DNA of 63,256 nt, counting the filler, from Candidatus Omnitrophota bacterium (GTDB lineage: Bacteria > Omnitrophota > Gorgyraeia > Zapsychrales > Zapsychraceae), in NCBI GenBank assembly GCA_015233495.1. It is 4 parts of 4 records of this genome, joined end to end, with 100 filler letters (N's around TTAATTAATTAA, not from the genome) between each part and the next. Parts side by side here need not be neighbours in the genome. Positions count along the whole stretch, not along the records: positions 29,920 to 55,309 come from JADFXQ010000022.1; 3 more parts are not named here. One strand, 5' to 3'. The notes below the pieces were generated by a model. The model ran no database searches. It saw nothing but the letters and a program-made list of their open reading frames with translations, and was not told the DNA's origin. Of the stretch, positions 38,977-49,265 are shown piece by piece. The translations under genes were made by a program, and so were the position numbers. The stretch's first letter is position 1. Each line of letters opens with the position of its first letter.

Positions 38977-39819
38977 ATGAACGTCCAAATTAAACAAAAA
39001 ATCGGATTCGGCGTGTTGTTCGCCGCTACCCTCTTAGTCGTTGTGCCGATCGTGGCGATTATCGGGTTGATTATCACCAAAGGTTGGAGCGCGATCTCGT
39101 GGGAGTTTTTGTTTTCCATGCCTAAAGACGGGATGCGCGCCGGCGGGGTTTTCCCGGCGATTGTCGGAACTTTTTATTTGGTGAGCGGGGCGATTTTATT
39201 TTCTTTGCCGATCGGGGTGATGGCCGCGATTTATTTAAACGAATACGCCAAAGACAACGCCCTGACCCGGCTGATCAATCTCGCGATCATTAATTTGGCG
39301 GGGGTGTCTTCCGTGGTGTACGGGCTGTTTGGCCTCAGCCTGTTTGTCGTGTTTTTCAAATTCGGAGTTTCGATTATTTCCGGGTCGTTGACGCTGGGGA
39401 TCATGACCTTGCCGGTCATCATCACTACGACCCGAGAGGCATTGCGCGCGGTGCCGAAGTCTTTTCGGCAAGTCAGTTTTTCTTTGGGAGCTACCCGTTG
39501 GCAGACGGTGCGTCATTCGGTGCTGCCGTTCGCGCTTCCGGGAATTCTTACCGGCGCTATCTTGAGCATTGGCCGCGCGGCAGGGGAGACCGCGCCAATT
39601 TTATTTACGGTGGCCGCGTTTTACGTTCCGGATTTGCCGAAATCGCCGTTTGATCAGACCATGGCCTTGCCGTATCATCTCTATATAATTTCGACGCAGA
39701 TCCCCAACATTCGGGAAGATTATCGTTATGGCACCGCCTTGGTTTTAGTGGGATTGGTGCTGATTGTCAATATTTCCGCGACCATAGTCCGGGCGCGGTA
39801 CAGAAGGAAAAAATGGTAA
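38977..39819 (+). CDS. pstA: Phosphate ABC transporter permease
   Basis: GGVFPAIVGT, NLAGVSSVVYGLFG, GRAAGETAP. Confidence 0.94.
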   Translation: MNVQIKQKIGFGVLFAATLLVVVPIVAIIGLIITKGWSAISWEFLFSMPKDGMRAGGVFPAIVGTFYLVSGAILFSLPIGVMAAIYLNEYAKDNALTRLINLAIINLAGVSSVVYGLFGLSLFVVFFKFGVSIISGSLTLGIMTLPVIITTTREALRAVPKSFRQVSFSLGATRWQTVRHSVLPFALPGILTGAILSIGRAAGETAPILFTVAAFYVPDLPKSPFDQTMALPYHLYIISTQIPNIREDYRYGTALVLVGLVLIVNISATIVRARYRRKKW

Positions 39820-40583
39820 TGCCGCGGTCCGAAACAAAAGTGAAATTTTCTTTACACGACGTGAATATCCGTTATAAGACGATTCGCGCGGTTAAGGATC
39901 TTTCTTTGAATATTTATGAACATGAAATTTTGAGCGTCATTGGCCCGGCGAACAGCGGTAAATCGTCATTTTTGCGTTGTTTAAACCGGCTCAATGATTT
40001 TGAAGCCTATTATCATCAGACCGGACAAATTTGTTTGGAAGGAAAAGATATTTATCGGCAAATTTCCGCTGAAGATTTACGCAAACGTGTTGGCATGATC
40101 TTTGCTTTGCCGATTCCGCTGCCGTTGACGATCCGGGAAAATGTTCTGTACGGACCGCGGCGCGCTGGTATGTCCCGACGCAACTTCGAGCAGATTGTGG
40201 AGGATAGTTTAACCGCGGCATCTTTGTGGGATGAAGTCAAAGACCGGTTGGACACCCTCGGCACCAAACTATCCGGCGGGCAGCAGCAGCGGTTATGCAT
40301 AGCCCGGATGTTGGCCTTGCAGCCGGAAGTCATTTTATTCGACGAACCTTGTTCGGGATTGGACCCTATCTCCACTGCCCGCGTTGAAGAGACCATGCTG
40401 GAATTAAAAGAAAAGCATACGATTGTCTTGGTGACAAATAACACCAAACAAGCTGCCCGGGTCGGGTCCCGCACCGCGTTTTTTTTGATGGGGGAATTGG
40501 TCGAGGTCGGCGACACCGGCGGCATATTCACGGCGCCGCGGGATCAAAGAACTAATGATTATATTACGGGACGGTTTGGATAA
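39813..40583 (+). CDS. pstB: Phosphate ABC transporter ATP-binding subunit 1 (degenerate Walker A, Q-loop and H-loop)
   Basis: [45 protein letters not shown]. Confidence 0.9.
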   Translation: MVMPRSETKVKFSLHDVNIRYKTIRAVKDLSLNIYEHEILSVIGPANSGKSSFLRCLNRLNDFEAYYHQTGQICLEGKDIYRQISAEDLRKRVGMIFALPIPLPLTIRENVLYGPRRAGMSRRNFEQIVEDSLTAASLWDEVKDRLDTLGTKLSGGQQQRLCIARMLALQPEVILFDEPCSGLDPISTARVEETMLELKEKHTIVLVTNNTKQAARVGSRTAFFLMGELVEVGDTGGIFTAPRDQRTNDYITGRFG

Positions 40584-40590
40584 ACGGACC

Positions 40591-41343
40591 ATGCATAAAA
40601 TCGAAATCAGAAATCTCAATTTATTTTACGGCAAATTTCAAGCGCTGATGGACGTGAGCATGAATTTGAAGCCGAATACGATTACCGCGATGATCGGTTC
40701 TTCCGGGTGCGGCAAGTCTACGCTTCTACGCTGCATCAATCGGATGAATGATTTGATCGAGGACGTTTCGGTGAAAGGGAGCGTTTTTATTGACGGCGAG
40801 GATATTTATCATACCTATGTTGATTTGGTCAAAATGCGGCGTAAGGTGGGCATGGTGTTTCAACGGCCCAACCCTTTTCCGTTAAGTATTTTTGAAAACG
40901 TGGCGTTTGGTTTGAAAATTCACCATTTAGCCAAAGGCAAGGCATTAGAGAGCAGGGTGGAAGAAAGTTTGAAAGCGGTTTTATTATGGGAGGAATTGAA
41001 AGACCGCCTCAACGCCAGCGCTTTAGACCTTTCTTTGGAACAAAAACAAAGATTGTGCATTGCCCGGCTGATCGCCCTTAAATCCGAGGTTCTGCTGATG
41101 GATGAGCCGTGTTCGGCCTTGGATCCGATCGCGACCCAGCGGATTGAAGAGCTGATGGCGGAGTTGAAAAAAAATTACACTATCGTAATCGTTACCCATA
41201 ATATGCAGCAAGCAGCCAGGGTTTCGCAGGAAACGGGGTTTATGTTGTTGGGCGAATTGGTCGAATTTGGCTTAACCACGGATATTTTCACGCATCCGCG
41301 GGATAAGCGAACCGAGGATTATATCACAGGACGATTTGGATAA
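40591..41343 (+). CDS. pstB: Phosphate ABC transporter ATP-binding subunit 2 (degenerate signature motif)
   Basis: [48 protein letters not shown]. Confidence 0.93.
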   Translation: MHKIEIRNLNLFYGKFQALMDVSMNLKPNTITAMIGSSGCGKSTLLRCINRMNDLIEDVSVKGSVFIDGEDIYHTYVDLVKMRRKVGMVFQRPNPFPLSIFENVAFGLKIHHLAKGKALESRVEESLKAVLLWEELKDRLNASALDLSLEQKQRLCIARLIALKSEVLLMDEPCSALDPIATQRIEELMAELKKNYTIVIVTHNMQQAARVSQETGFMLLGELVEFGLTTDIFTHPRDKRTEDYITGRFG

Positions 41344-41386
41344 AATTTCGGGTCTTGTGTCTTATGACTTTAAAAAGGAGTAACCA

Positions 41387-42079
41387 ATGGAACGTCATTT
41401 TGACGCGCAATTGAAGGAATTGAAAACCGACTTGCTGCGCATGGCCGCGTTGACGGAAGAGGCGATTTATAAAGCAGTCGAGGCGTTAACTTCGCTCGAC
41501 GCCGGGCTGGCTCATTCCGTGATCAACCATGACGGGGAAATCGATGAATTGGAATTGAAAATCGAAGAAGACGCGATCAGAATGTTGGCCTTGCGCCAGC
41601 CGTTGGCCGCGGATTTACGTTTTATTACTACCGGCATGAAAATCAACTCTGAATTGGAACGGATTGCTGATTTGGCGGAGAACATTGCCGAATGCGGCCT
41701 GAATGTGCTTAGTCAGCCGATGCTAAAACCGTTGATCGATATTCCTAAACTTTCAACCATTGCCCGGCGCATGGTAAGGGATTCGATTGAAGCGTTTGTA
41801 AACAGCGACGAAAATCTGGCGAGAACGGTTATTTTGGCAGACCCGGAGGCGGACCGTTTGCGCGACGCGATTTATGATGAATTGGTGAATGGATTTATCT
41901 CCAAAGACGGATCGTGCGCTCCGCGCGCCGTCCCGCTTTTGTTGATCGCGCGCCATTTGGAGCGGATCTGCGATCACGCGACTTACATCGCGGAAGACAT
42001 CATTTATATGGTCCAGGCCAAGGTGGTTAAGCACCATCCGGAAATGTTGAACGAGCAGGGGGAGGGTCCGGCCGCATGA
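41387..42079 (+). CDS. phoU: Phosphate signalling protein PhoU
   Basis: RQPLAADLR, ELERIADLAENIA, LERICDHATYIAE. Confidence 0.95.
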   Translation: MERHFDAQLKELKTDLLRMAALTEEAIYKAVEALTSLDAGLAHSVINHDGEIDELELKIEEDAIRMLALRQPLAADLRFITTGMKINSELERIADLAENIAECGLNVLSQPMLKPLIDIPKLSTIARRMVRDSIEAFVNSDENLARTVILADPEADRLRDAIYDELVNGFISKDGSCAPRAVPLLLIARHLERICDHATYIAEDIIYMVQAKVVKHHPEMLNEQGEGPAA

Positions 42080-42849
42080 ATTTTATCGACACCTTGATTT
42101 TGGGCGTGATTGAGGGAGTGACGGAGTTTTTGCCGATTTCCTCGACTGGACACATGATTTTAGCCGGGAAATGGCTGCAGATCCCGTCCACTGAATTTGT
42201 GAAAAGTTTCGAAATCGCGATCCAGCTTGGGGCGATTCTCGCGGTTTGTTGTTTATTCCGGCGCCGGTTGTTTGCCGATATCCCGGTGATCAAACGGGTC
42301 GCGGCGGCGTTTGTGCCGACGATGATCATTGGCGGGATTTTTTATAAGCTGATTAAAAAATATTTATTGGGCAATGCCGCGGTGGTGGTTTGGGCCTTAG
42401 GGATTGGCGGGGTGATTATTATCCTTTTTGAAAATTTTCACCGCCCGGAGCCGCCACGCGACCTTGACCTCAAAAACATTTCGTACCGGCAAGCTGTGGG
42501 GATTGGTTTATTCCAATCCTTAGCCGTGATCCCCGGGGTGTCGCGCGCGGCCGCGACAATTATCGGCGGGATGGCGCTGGGCGTGGCGCGCGCCACAATC
42601 GTGGAGTTTTCTTTTTTATTAGCCGTGCCGACCATGGGCGCGGCAACGGTTTTGGATTTAATGAAGAGCGCCCCGAAGTTTACTCTGTCCGAAATTACCT
42701 TGCTCGGCTGGGGATTTGGCGTTTCTTTTTTAACCGCGCTTTTGGTAGTGCGCTGGTTGATCGGGTTTGTGCGGACGAATAATTTCATTGGCTTTGGGGT
42801 TTACCGCGTCGTTTTGGCTTGTCTGGCGGCGCTGGTTTTATTGCGTTAG
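42076..42849 (+). CDS. uppP: Undecaprenyl-diphosphate phosphatase (BacA)
   Basis: EGVTEFLPISSTGH, IQLGAILAV, PGVSR, EFSFLLAVP. Confidence 0.95.
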   Translation: MNFIDTLILGVIEGVTEFLPISSTGHMILAGKWLQIPSTEFVKSFEIAIQLGAILAVCCLFRRRLFADIPVIKRVAAAFVPTMIIGGIFYKLIKKYLLGNAAVVVWALGIGGVIIILFENFHRPEPPRDLDLKNISYRQAVGIGLFQSLAVIPGVSRAAATIIGGMALGVARATIVEFSFLLAVPTMGAATVLDLMKSAPKFTLSEITLLGWGFGVSFLTALLVVRWLIGFVRTNNFIGFGVYRVVLACLAALVLLR

Positions 42850-42858
42850 GAGCTGTTT

Positions 42859-43524
42859 TTGACCGAATTATTGATCAGTCGTTATGTGCCTACCGACCGC
42901 GCCGCGCTGCGGCGGATCAGCCTCGAAACTGCTTTTGCCGGATATGATCGCGAGGCTTTTATTCAGGATGATGAAATTCTCGCGGACGCGCTGACTTCAT
43001 ATTTCACCGATCGGGAGCCGGAATCTTGTTTTGTCGCCGTGGCTGGCGAAACTGTGGTGGGATATATCATTGGATGCCCGGACGTCCGGCGGATGAACGC
43101 GCGATTTTTTCCGCAGGTGGCGGCGGGGTTATTTGGGTTATCCTGGCGCCGCGGATTTTGGTTTAAGCTTCAACATTGGCGGTTTGTTTTCGCGGTAGCC
43201 CGCAGTGTTTGGCGGCGCGAATTTCGGGCGCCGGATTTCAGCAAAGAATATCCGGCGGTTTTGCATATCAATATTACCCGGAATTTTCAAGGCAAAGGTT
43301 TGGGCCGGCGGTTGATGGAAACTTATTTGGAATACCTGCGATCGCAGAAGGTAACCGCGGCGCATTGCGGCACTATGTCGGAAGAGGCGAAGGAGTTTTT
43401 TTTAAAATGCGGGTTTTCGCTTCTGCATAAAGGGACGCGTTCTTATCTGGAATATCGGACCAACGCGGTTTTGCCGTATTACGTATTGGGGTATAAATTT
43501 TCCCGGGAGGAGTCGTGGTGTTAG
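42859..43524 (+). CDS. GNAT-family N-acetyltransferase
   Basis: VVGYIIG; YPAVLHINI...QGKGLGRRLM acetyl-CoA motif; TTG start after AGGAG. Confidence 0.82.
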   Translation: MTELLISRYVPTDRAALRRISLETAFAGYDREAFIQDDEILADALTSYFTDREPESCFVAVAGETVVGYIIGCPDVRRMNARFFPQVAAGLFGLSWRRGFWFKLQHWRFVFAVARSVWRREFRAPDFSKEYPAVLHINITRNFQGKGLGRRLMETYLEYLRSQKVTAAHCGTMSEEAKEFFLKCGFSLLHKGTRSYLEYRTNAVLPYYVLGYKFSREESWC

Positions 43525-44972
43525 GCGGATCAAACAAAATCCAGCGTTGGGTGGCCGCTTTTTTGATCGGGCCTGGCATGGCGGGATTTCTATTCTGGGG
43601 AAATTGGTTTAAGCATTTGACTGCCATACCCGGGACGTTTAAATCCACCCAGACCCTGACCTTTGCGAAAGACGACCGGATCATGATTTTGGCGCCGCAC
43701 CCGGATGATGAAGCGATTGGCTGCGCCGGGGTTATTCAGCAGGCTGTGGCCTTAGGATTGCCAGTTAAAATCGTTTTTCTTACCTATGGCGATAATAATC
43801 AATGGGCTTTTATGGTTTATCGGAAACATCCGGTTTTAATGCCGAAAGCGGTTTTGAAAATGGGCGAGGTGCGTCATACCGAGGCTCTGGAGGCGGCGCG
43901 GGTATTGGGTGTGGATAAAAGTCAGTTGATTTTTTTGGGGTATCCGGATTTTGGGGCCTTGAGCATCTGGTATGCCCGCTGGGGAGAAGACCGGCCGCCG
44001 GCGCGCAGTCTGATGACTGACGCGCGGGAGGTGCCTTATCCCGACGCTTACCGCCCGGGCGCGCCGTACCGGGGCGAAGAAATTTTGAAAGATTTACGAG
44101 CCATCATCAAAGATTTTCGTCCTACGAAGATATTCGTTTCCCATCCGGGAGACCATAATCCCGACCACCGCGCGCTTTATTTATTTGCCCGGGTCGCGGT
44201 TTGGGATTCTCGGCCGGCAGTCAACGCGGAGATTTATCCCTATTTGATTCATTACGCGAAATGGCCTTTGCCGCGGGGCCGGCATTTTGACAAAGATTTG
44301 ATTCCCCCGAAAGCTTTTCAGGAAGAGATTGCCTGGCGTTCTTTGACCTTATCCGACGGCCAAGTGGAAAAAAAATTGGCGGCGTTGAAGAATCATCAGT
44401 CGCAGTACCGTTCGAGTAAATCGTATTTGCTGACTTTTGTCCGCCCCAACGAATTGTTCGGCGATTTTCCGGTAGTCGCCTTGACGCAGAATGACGCCCG
44501 GCAGATTCCCGGGTTCAGCCGAGAAGCGGTTCCGGAAATCCCGGAAAGTTTTATGGATGATGAACGCTCAAAAATCGTGGGGATGATTGAACGGACTGCG
44601 GAAATCAAAGAGCATAAACTTTTGATCACGGTCCGGCTCTCGCGCCCTTTGGGAAAAACCGTCGGTGTCGCGGTGAGCGTTTTTGGTTATCGGGAAGATG
44701 TGTTATTCGAGAAGATGCCGAAAATCCGCGTTCATTTGGGGGCTTTGCATTATCGGGTTTTGGATCAGAACCGGGTTTTGCCGGATAAAAATATTGAGGT
44801 TTTGCATGGCGCCAAAGAGATCCGGGTGGCGATTCCTTTGGAATTGATGGGATATCCGCAAAAAATCCTGACCAGCGCCCAGACCTATCTGGGAAATTTT
44901 CCGTTGGATTGGACCTCGTGGAGGATTTTGGAAGTTGTTGAACCGGCGCCGTTGGTCGGCGTAAAAAAATAA
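43515..44972 (+). CDS. PIG-L family deacetylase with C-terminal extension
   Basis: APHPDDE, TYGD, FLGYPD, DHNPDH, HQSQ; N-terminal TM; start uncertain. Confidence 0.85.
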   Translation: MVLGGSNKIQRWVAAFLIGPGMAGFLFWGNWFKHLTAIPGTFKSTQTLTFAKDDRIMILAPHPDDEAIGCAGVIQQAVALGLPVKIVFLTYGDNNQWAFMVYRKHPVLMPKAVLKMGEVRHTEALEAARVLGVDKSQLIFLGYPDFGALSIWYARWGEDRPPARSLMTDAREVPYPDAYRPGAPYRGEEILKDLRAIIKDFRPTKIFVSHPGDHNPDHRALYLFARVAVWDSRPAVNAEIYPYLIHYAKWPLPRGRHFDKDLIPPKAFQEEIAWRSLTLSDGQVEKKLAALKNHQSQYRSSKSYLLTFVRPNELFGDFPVVALTQNDARQIPGFSREAVPEIPESFMDDERSKIVGMIERTAEIKEHKLLITVRLSRPLGKTVGVAVSVFGYREDVLFEKMPKIRVHLGALHYRVLDQNRVLPDKNIEVLHGAKEIRVAIPLELMGYPQKILTSAQTYLGNFPLDWTSWRILEVVEPAPLVGVKK

Positions 44973-44986
44973 CAAGGAGCACGGCA

Positions 44987-45604
44987 ATGTTTTTTTCTCA
45001 ATTGTTAGGCGCGGGAGGATTTACTTTAGTTATTCTGATCGGCTGTTCCGTATTGTCGATTGGCATTATTATTGAGCGGGTTATTTTTTATAAGGCCTTA
45101 TCGAAAATCAAGCGGCCGGTGTTCATGGCTCAATTGAACCGGGAATTATCCGCCGGGAATATCCCGCGGGCGGTGGAATTGTGCAAACGCACCGATACGC
45201 CTTTTGCCAATGTTGTCGGGGCGGGGTTGAATTTGTTCGGACATAACGAAACCGTCATCTCCAATGCCATGGAACGGGAAGTCACCATTGAGGTGATCCG
45301 TTTGGAACAACGCACCGGCATCATTGGCACGATCGGCAGCACCGCGGTCTATATCGGGTTGTTTGGCACGGTTTTAGGGATTATCCGCGCGTTCCGTGAT
45401 ATTGCGACGAGCGGATCAGGCGGGATCAATGTGGTCATCAACGGCATCGCCGAAGCCTTGATCTGCACGGCGGCCGGGCTTTGCGTTGCGGTTCCGGCGG
45501 TCATCGCGTTCAATTACGTGACCCGCCGCGTTGACGGATTTATCACGGATATGGAATTATGCGTTTCCGAGACCATGGACCTATTGAACAGGAATCGAAA
45601 ATGA
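44987..45604 (+). CDS. MotA/TolQ/ExbB proton channel protein
   Basis: IGLFGTVLGIIRAF, GIAEALICTAAGL.VAVPA. Confidence 0.92.
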   Translation: MFFSQLLGAGGFTLVILIGCSVLSIGIIIERVIFYKALSKIKRPVFMAQLNRELSAGNIPRAVELCKRTDTPFANVVGAGLNLFGHNETVISNAMEREVTIEVIRLEQRTGIIGTIGSTAVYIGLFGTVLGIIRAFRDIATSGSGGINVVINGIAEALICTAAGLCVAVPAVIAFNYVTRRVDGFITDMELCVSETMDLLNRNRK

Positions 45605-46011
45605 ACCGTTCGTCCCGCAAACAAAAACTCGTGTCAGAAATCAATATCACCCCGTTTACCGACGTGATTTTGGTTCTTTTGGTGATTTTTATGGTTTCCA
45701 CGCCCTTGATTTATCAAACGAATATCAAGGTCAAACTTCCGGAGGTAAAAAGCGGTTCGGCCCAGCGCGGCCCTGCGGATGAGGTAGACCTGACGATCAC
45801 CAGCGAAAACGTGATCTATCTCAATAAAGACGTAGTCACCCGCAAAGAACTGAAAGCCAAACTGGCGGATTTGCAGAAAAACAAACCCGAGCTAAATGTG
45901 GTTTTACGCGTCGACCGTTTGGTCTATTTTAAAGATTTAGTTGAAATTTTAGACATGATGACGGAGCTGAAAATCACCCGCTTTGATATTTCAGCGGTGA
46001 AACGTCCGTAG
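45601..46011 (+). CDS. ExbD/TolR family protein
   Basis: EINITPFTDVILVLLVIFM; ATG 45601 overlaps the upstream stop. Confidence 0.92.
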   Translation: MNRSSRKQKLVSEINITPFTDVILVLLVIFMVSTPLIYQTNIKVKLPEVKSGSAQRGPADEVDLTITSENVIYLNKDVVTRKELKAKLADLQKNKPELNVVLRVDRLVYFKDLVEILDMMTELKITRFDISAVKRP

Positions 46012-47460
46012 GTGGTGGACAAAGAGAAAATCATGCTAACGATTACCCCGCGCACCATGGTCCTTACCCGCCGGACGATTTTTTTCGTATTTTTAAGTTT
46101 GTATGTGATCCTTTGCCCGCTTTTGATCCTGACCACCTTCGGCTATATTATCAATCCCATCAAACAGGAAGTCACGCAAACCGGCTTGATTTTTTTGTCT
46201 TCTCTGCCCTCGGGCGCGGATATTTATTTGGAAAAAAGTCATTATCGAAACCGATCCCCGGCGAATTTAAGCGGACTGCTGCCCGGCACGTATAAAATCA
46301 CCTTGAAAAAAAAGGGCTACAAGCCCTGGGTCCAATCAATTTCCGTAGCTGCGGGAAAAGCGGCTACGTTTAATCAGATTATTTTGATTCCCAAAGTTTG
46401 GCCGGCGCAGCGGCTGGCGGCAGGCCCGTTTTCGAAAATGGAACCTTTAGCCGGCACGAATTATATTTTGCTGGCAGAGCATCCGTTTCTCGGACAATAT
46501 TGCGTTTTTGATTGGAAGAACAAACTTCTGGCCCCGCTTTTGCCTGCCCGGTCCCGATTCGCGGATTGGCCGGTATCCGAGATTTTTTCGGAACAATCCA
46601 GTCCGGTGGTTATTTTCCAAAGCGCATCATTTTGGAAAAATAAATATCTGTATGTTGATCTTGGCCAAACGCCGTTTCGAATTTTGGAGATTACCCGGTT
46701 GATCAAGGAAAAACCGACCGCCTGGTGTTGGAACAGCCTCTACCCGAAAAAATTATTGCTATCCACCCGGGACGCGGCGGGTTTGCTCGATGTCGAGACT
46801 GGCGCTGCCGAAGTCAAATGGTTGACCGGTCTCAAGGGGTGCGGCAGCCAAGGCAAATGGTTATATATTTTAGACGGACGCGATGATGTTTATCGGGAAA
46901 GTTTTGACGGGGCGCACCGCGAATTTTTATTTCCCAAACCCCGTTGGGAGGGCAGGTCAGCTGCCGCCGCGAATCCCGAACGGATCACCTGGATAGCCAA
47001 CGATATTTTCTTATTTTCTACAGTGTCCGGCAGCCTAACTACTAATGTTCCGCCGTATGTGCTGCTGGATGGCGGGTTAGCGGGATTCCGCTATGATCAT
47101 AAAACGGAGCGGCTTTTATTTTGGACGAAAAAAGATATTGGTTTTGCCGAGTTGACCCGGCGGGTTCGGCTTAAAACCGAGCGGGCGGTTTCTTCCAAAA
47201 TATTTAAGGTTCATAAAGTGTGGGATCAAGGGCAAGCTATAACGGATTGTTTTTGGGCCGCGGGCGGTACGCATCTGGTTTTTCAAGACCATAGCGCTAT
47301 TTATTTATTGGAGTTCGTCCCCACCGGGAAACCGCGGACGGAAAAAATCACAGAAGTTAAGGCAGCAAGTTCCATTTTTTACACTGAGGAAGGCAAGGCG
47401 ATTTATTTTTTAAACCCGAAAGACGGCGCTTTAACCGCGTTAAGTTTGATACCGGAATAA
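46012..47460 (+). CDS. PEGA-domain membrane-anchored protein with probable beta-propeller C-terminus
   Basis: TM, then TGLIFLSSLPSGADIYL...LLPGTYKITLKKKGYKPW; real start may be 46033 or 46057. Confidence 0.78.
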   Translation: MVDKEKIMLTITPRTMVLTRRTIFFVFLSLYVILCPLLILTTFGYIINPIKQEVTQTGLIFLSSLPSGADIYLEKSHYRNRSPANLSGLLPGTYKITLKKKGYKPWVQSISVAAGKAATFNQIILIPKVWPAQRLAAGPFSKMEPLAGTNYILLAEHPFLGQYCVFDWKNKLLAPLLPARSRFADWPVSEIFSEQSSPVVIFQSASFWKNKYLYVDLGQTPFRILEITRLIKEKPTAWCWNSLYPKKLLLSTRDAAGLLDVETGAAEVKWLTGLKGCGSQGKWLYILDGRDDVYRESFDGAHREFLFPKPRWEGRSAAAANPERITWIANDIFLFSTVSGSLTTNVPPYVLLDGGLAGFRYDHKTERLLFWTKKDIGFAELTRRVRLKTERAVSSKIFKVHKVWDQGQAITDCFWAAGGTHLVFQDHSAIYLLEFVPTGKPRTEKITEVKAASSIFYTEEGKAIYFLNPKDGALTALSLIPE

Positions 47461-47462
47461 AT

Positions 47463-49127
47463 ATGGATTTTAACTATTCGCGTCAAAATTTGAACCGTCC
47501 GGAACATATCCTGGAGCGCGCTTTGGAGATTCTTCCGGGCGCTTTGAGTTGGTCGATTTTGATCGGAGCGGTTGTTACATCAATTGTTTGGCCGCTCACT
47601 GCCGCGGTGTTTACGATCGCTTTTATTTTGTATTGGATTTTCCGGCTGGTTTACATGAATATATTTTTGGTGCTATCCTACGCGCTCCTTTTTGTGGACC
47701 GTTCTACGGATTGGATGGAGCGGATCGCGGTTATTGATCGTCGGGAAATAGGTTTTAAATCGCCGCTTTTGGCGCGGCCGGACGGGACATTGGCGGAAAA
47801 AATTTCGCAATCCGTGTATTTACGGCAATTGCGGGATTTGAAAAAGAGCGGCGCTTTGCCGCCGCAGTCCGAGTCGCTTTATCATTTGGTGATTATTCCG
47901 GCGATAAAAGAAGGCAGCGATATTGTCGAACCGGGAATCCGCAGTATTTTGGCGGGGAGATATCCGGCCCGGCGGATTTTTATCCTTTTGGCGCTCGAGG
48001 ACCGGGCAGCCGCGCCGGTCAAAGCGGATATGGCCGCTTTGCAGAAAAAATATATAAATGGTTTTGCCGACTTTTGGGTTGTGACGCATCCCGGCAACCT
48101 TCCCGGCGAAGCGGCGGTCAAAGGCGCCAACACTTCCTACGCGGCGCGGCAGGCCCGGCGTTATTTCGACGAGCGGCGGATCCCTTACGCGAATGTGATC
48201 GTTTCTTGTTTTGACGCCGACACGGTGCCTAACCCGGATTATTTTTCATGCCTGACCTATCATTTTATGATCACTCCGGAAAGGACGAGACGCAGTTATC
48301 AGCCCATTCCGGTATATCACAACAATATTTGGAACGCGCCCGGATTTGCCCGCATCATTGATATTGGGACGTCATTTTTTCTTTTGGTGGAATCCACCAA
48401 TCCGTCCAAATTGGTTACCTTTTCCAGCCACAGCATGAGTTTTCAGGCTTTAGTCGATATCGGATATTGGCCGGTGGATATGATTTCCGACGATTCGGCG
48501 ATTTTTTGGAAAGCGTTTATCCATTATGACGGCGACTATCAAACTGTGCCGCTGAACACCACCGTGTCCATGGATATTGTCGAAGGTCAAGACCGCTGGC
48601 AAACCTTCGTGCATATTTATAAACAAAAACGGCGCTGGGCTTGGGGCGTGGAAAACGTGCCGATTGTCCTGCGGGCGTTTTTACGGGCCGAAAAAATATC
48701 CTGGCGGCAAAAAATCGCGTATGGATACAAATTAGTAGATTCGTTTGTGTCCTGGGCCACCTGGTCTTTTTTATTAGCCTTGTTGAGCTGGCTCCCCGGG
48801 GTTTTTGCCGGAAAAGAATTCGCCTCGACTACGGTGTTTTATATCGCGCCGCGGGTCAGCGGCACGATTTTGAGTTTGTCGACGATCGGGATTTTTATTT
48901 GTATGGCGGTAAGTCTTTTGATGCTGCCGCCGCGGCGCCGGGAAAATAATTTTTGGGCAAATTTGCGGCACGGTTCGGAATGGCTGTTTATTCCGGCGAT
49001 CGTGATTTTGTTAAGCGCGATCCCGGCTTTGGACGCGCAAACCCGGCTGATGTTCGGCCGGTACATGGAGTTTTGGGTGACGGATAAATTTCGGGGTAAG
49101 GGGAAAGGGGAAAGCGCAAAAGATTAG
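47463..49127 (+). CDS. Membrane glycosyltransferase family 2 (processive-type motifs)
   Basis: VKGAN, FDADT, ISDD, QKRRW; N- and C-terminal TM segments. Confidence 0.85.
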   Translation: MDFNYSRQNLNRPEHILERALEILPGALSWSILIGAVVTSIVWPLTAAVFTIAFILYWIFRLVYMNIFLVLSYALLFVDRSTDWMERIAVIDRREIGFKSPLLARPDGTLAEKISQSVYLRQLRDLKKSGALPPQSESLYHLVIIPAIKEGSDIVEPGIRSILAGRYPARRIFILLALEDRAAAPVKADMAALQKKYINGFADFWVVTHPGNLPGEAAVKGANTSYAARQARRYFDERRIPYANVIVSCFDADTVPNPDYFSCLTYHFMITPERTRRSYQPIPVYHNNIWNAPGFARIIDIGTSFFLLVESTNPSKLVTFSSHSMSFQALVDIGYWPVDMISDDSAIFWKAFIHYDGDYQTVPLNTTVSMDIVEGQDRWQTFVHIYKQKRRWAWGVENVPIVLRAFLRAEKISWRQKIAYGYKLVDSFVSWATWSFLLALLSWLPGVFAGKEFASTTVFYIAPRVSGTILSLSTIGIFICMAVSLLMLPPRRRENNFWANLRHGSEWLFIPAIVILLSAIPALDAQTRLMFGRYMEFWVTDKFRGKGKGESAKD

Positions 49128-49175
49128 GGGGAAGGAAATTCCGGAGAGAGATTTGTTCTCGATGAAAATTTAAAA

Positions 49176-49203
49176 TTGCTTTTTAATTTGAATATGCTAT
49201 ATT
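49176..49203 (+). promoter_or_regulatory. Candidate sigma70 promoter with extended -10
   Basis: TTGCTT-16 nt-TATATT preceded by TGc; AAGGAG RBS at 49252-49257. Confidence 0.45.
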
Positions 49204-49265
49204 TTTAATGCATATATAATCTATATTCAATCCGCCGTAGCAAATTTTTAAAAGGAGTCGACAAC

